DNA of 64,000 nt from Cycas panzhihuaensis (Eukaryota; Plantae; Cycadophyta), in NCBI GenBank assembly GCA_023213395.1, contig CM041465.1:197353741-197417740 (forward strand), written 5' to 3'. The notes below the pieces were generated by a model, which did no database searches, was not told the DNA's origin, and saw only the letters and a list, made by a program, of their open reading frames with translations. Below are positions 63,813 through 64,000 of the stretch, piece by piece. Numbering within the stretch: the stretch's first letter is position 1; every line of letters starts with the position of its first letter. The position numbers were made by a program, and so were the translations under genes.

Positions 63813-63943
63813 TATAGTAGAATCCCATCTAGTTCATGGGTATTTGGTAGTGAAGTATCATCCAGTTTATGGGCAAGTTATATAGTAGAGTTCCATCCAG
63901 TTCGTGGGCATTTGGTAGCGAAGTCCCATTCAGTTTATGGGCA
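63808..63943 (+). repeat. Two copies of a ~68-bp unit, itself a ~33-bp dimer
   Basis: agttatatagtaga..ccatc.agttc.tggg.atttggtag.gaagt..cat.cagtttatgggca occurs twice. Confidence 0.85.
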
Positions 63944-64000
63944 CTAGATAGGTTTTTGGTAACATTAGATACCTGGTCCTTTTGGGTAGAATTTTAGTGA

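Overview
AT-rich eukaryotic (land-plant) nuclear DNA. The only intact host gene I can support is a six-exon clade IV SWEET sugar transporter (SWEET16/17-like, CDS 4585-5985, 264 aa). It has a GC-AG third intron and lies in a small CpG-rich island with a fold-back MITE-like element upstream. Almost everything else is old, nested LTR retrotransposon sequence heavily eroded by C>T/G>A changes. This includes a CRM-type chromovirus (~7.4-13.0 kb), a Reina-like chromovirus on the minus strand (27.3-35.2 kb) carrying two solo LTRs, several short internally deleted Copia-type elements (two with intact LTR pairs and TSDs), and a large Tat-type Ty3/gypsy element from ~49.4 kb to the window end. The Tat-type element is the most interesting object. 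Downstream of integrase it carries a stand-alone archaeal-type RNase H ORF, an antisense intron-containing plant-mobile-domain (PMD) pseudogene, and a ~50-bp-period array of hairpins with a conserved loop and variable but pairing stems. The architecture suggests a gymnosperm-like genome, but that is inference. All alignments and translations were done by eye, so TE boundaries without TSDs are approximate.
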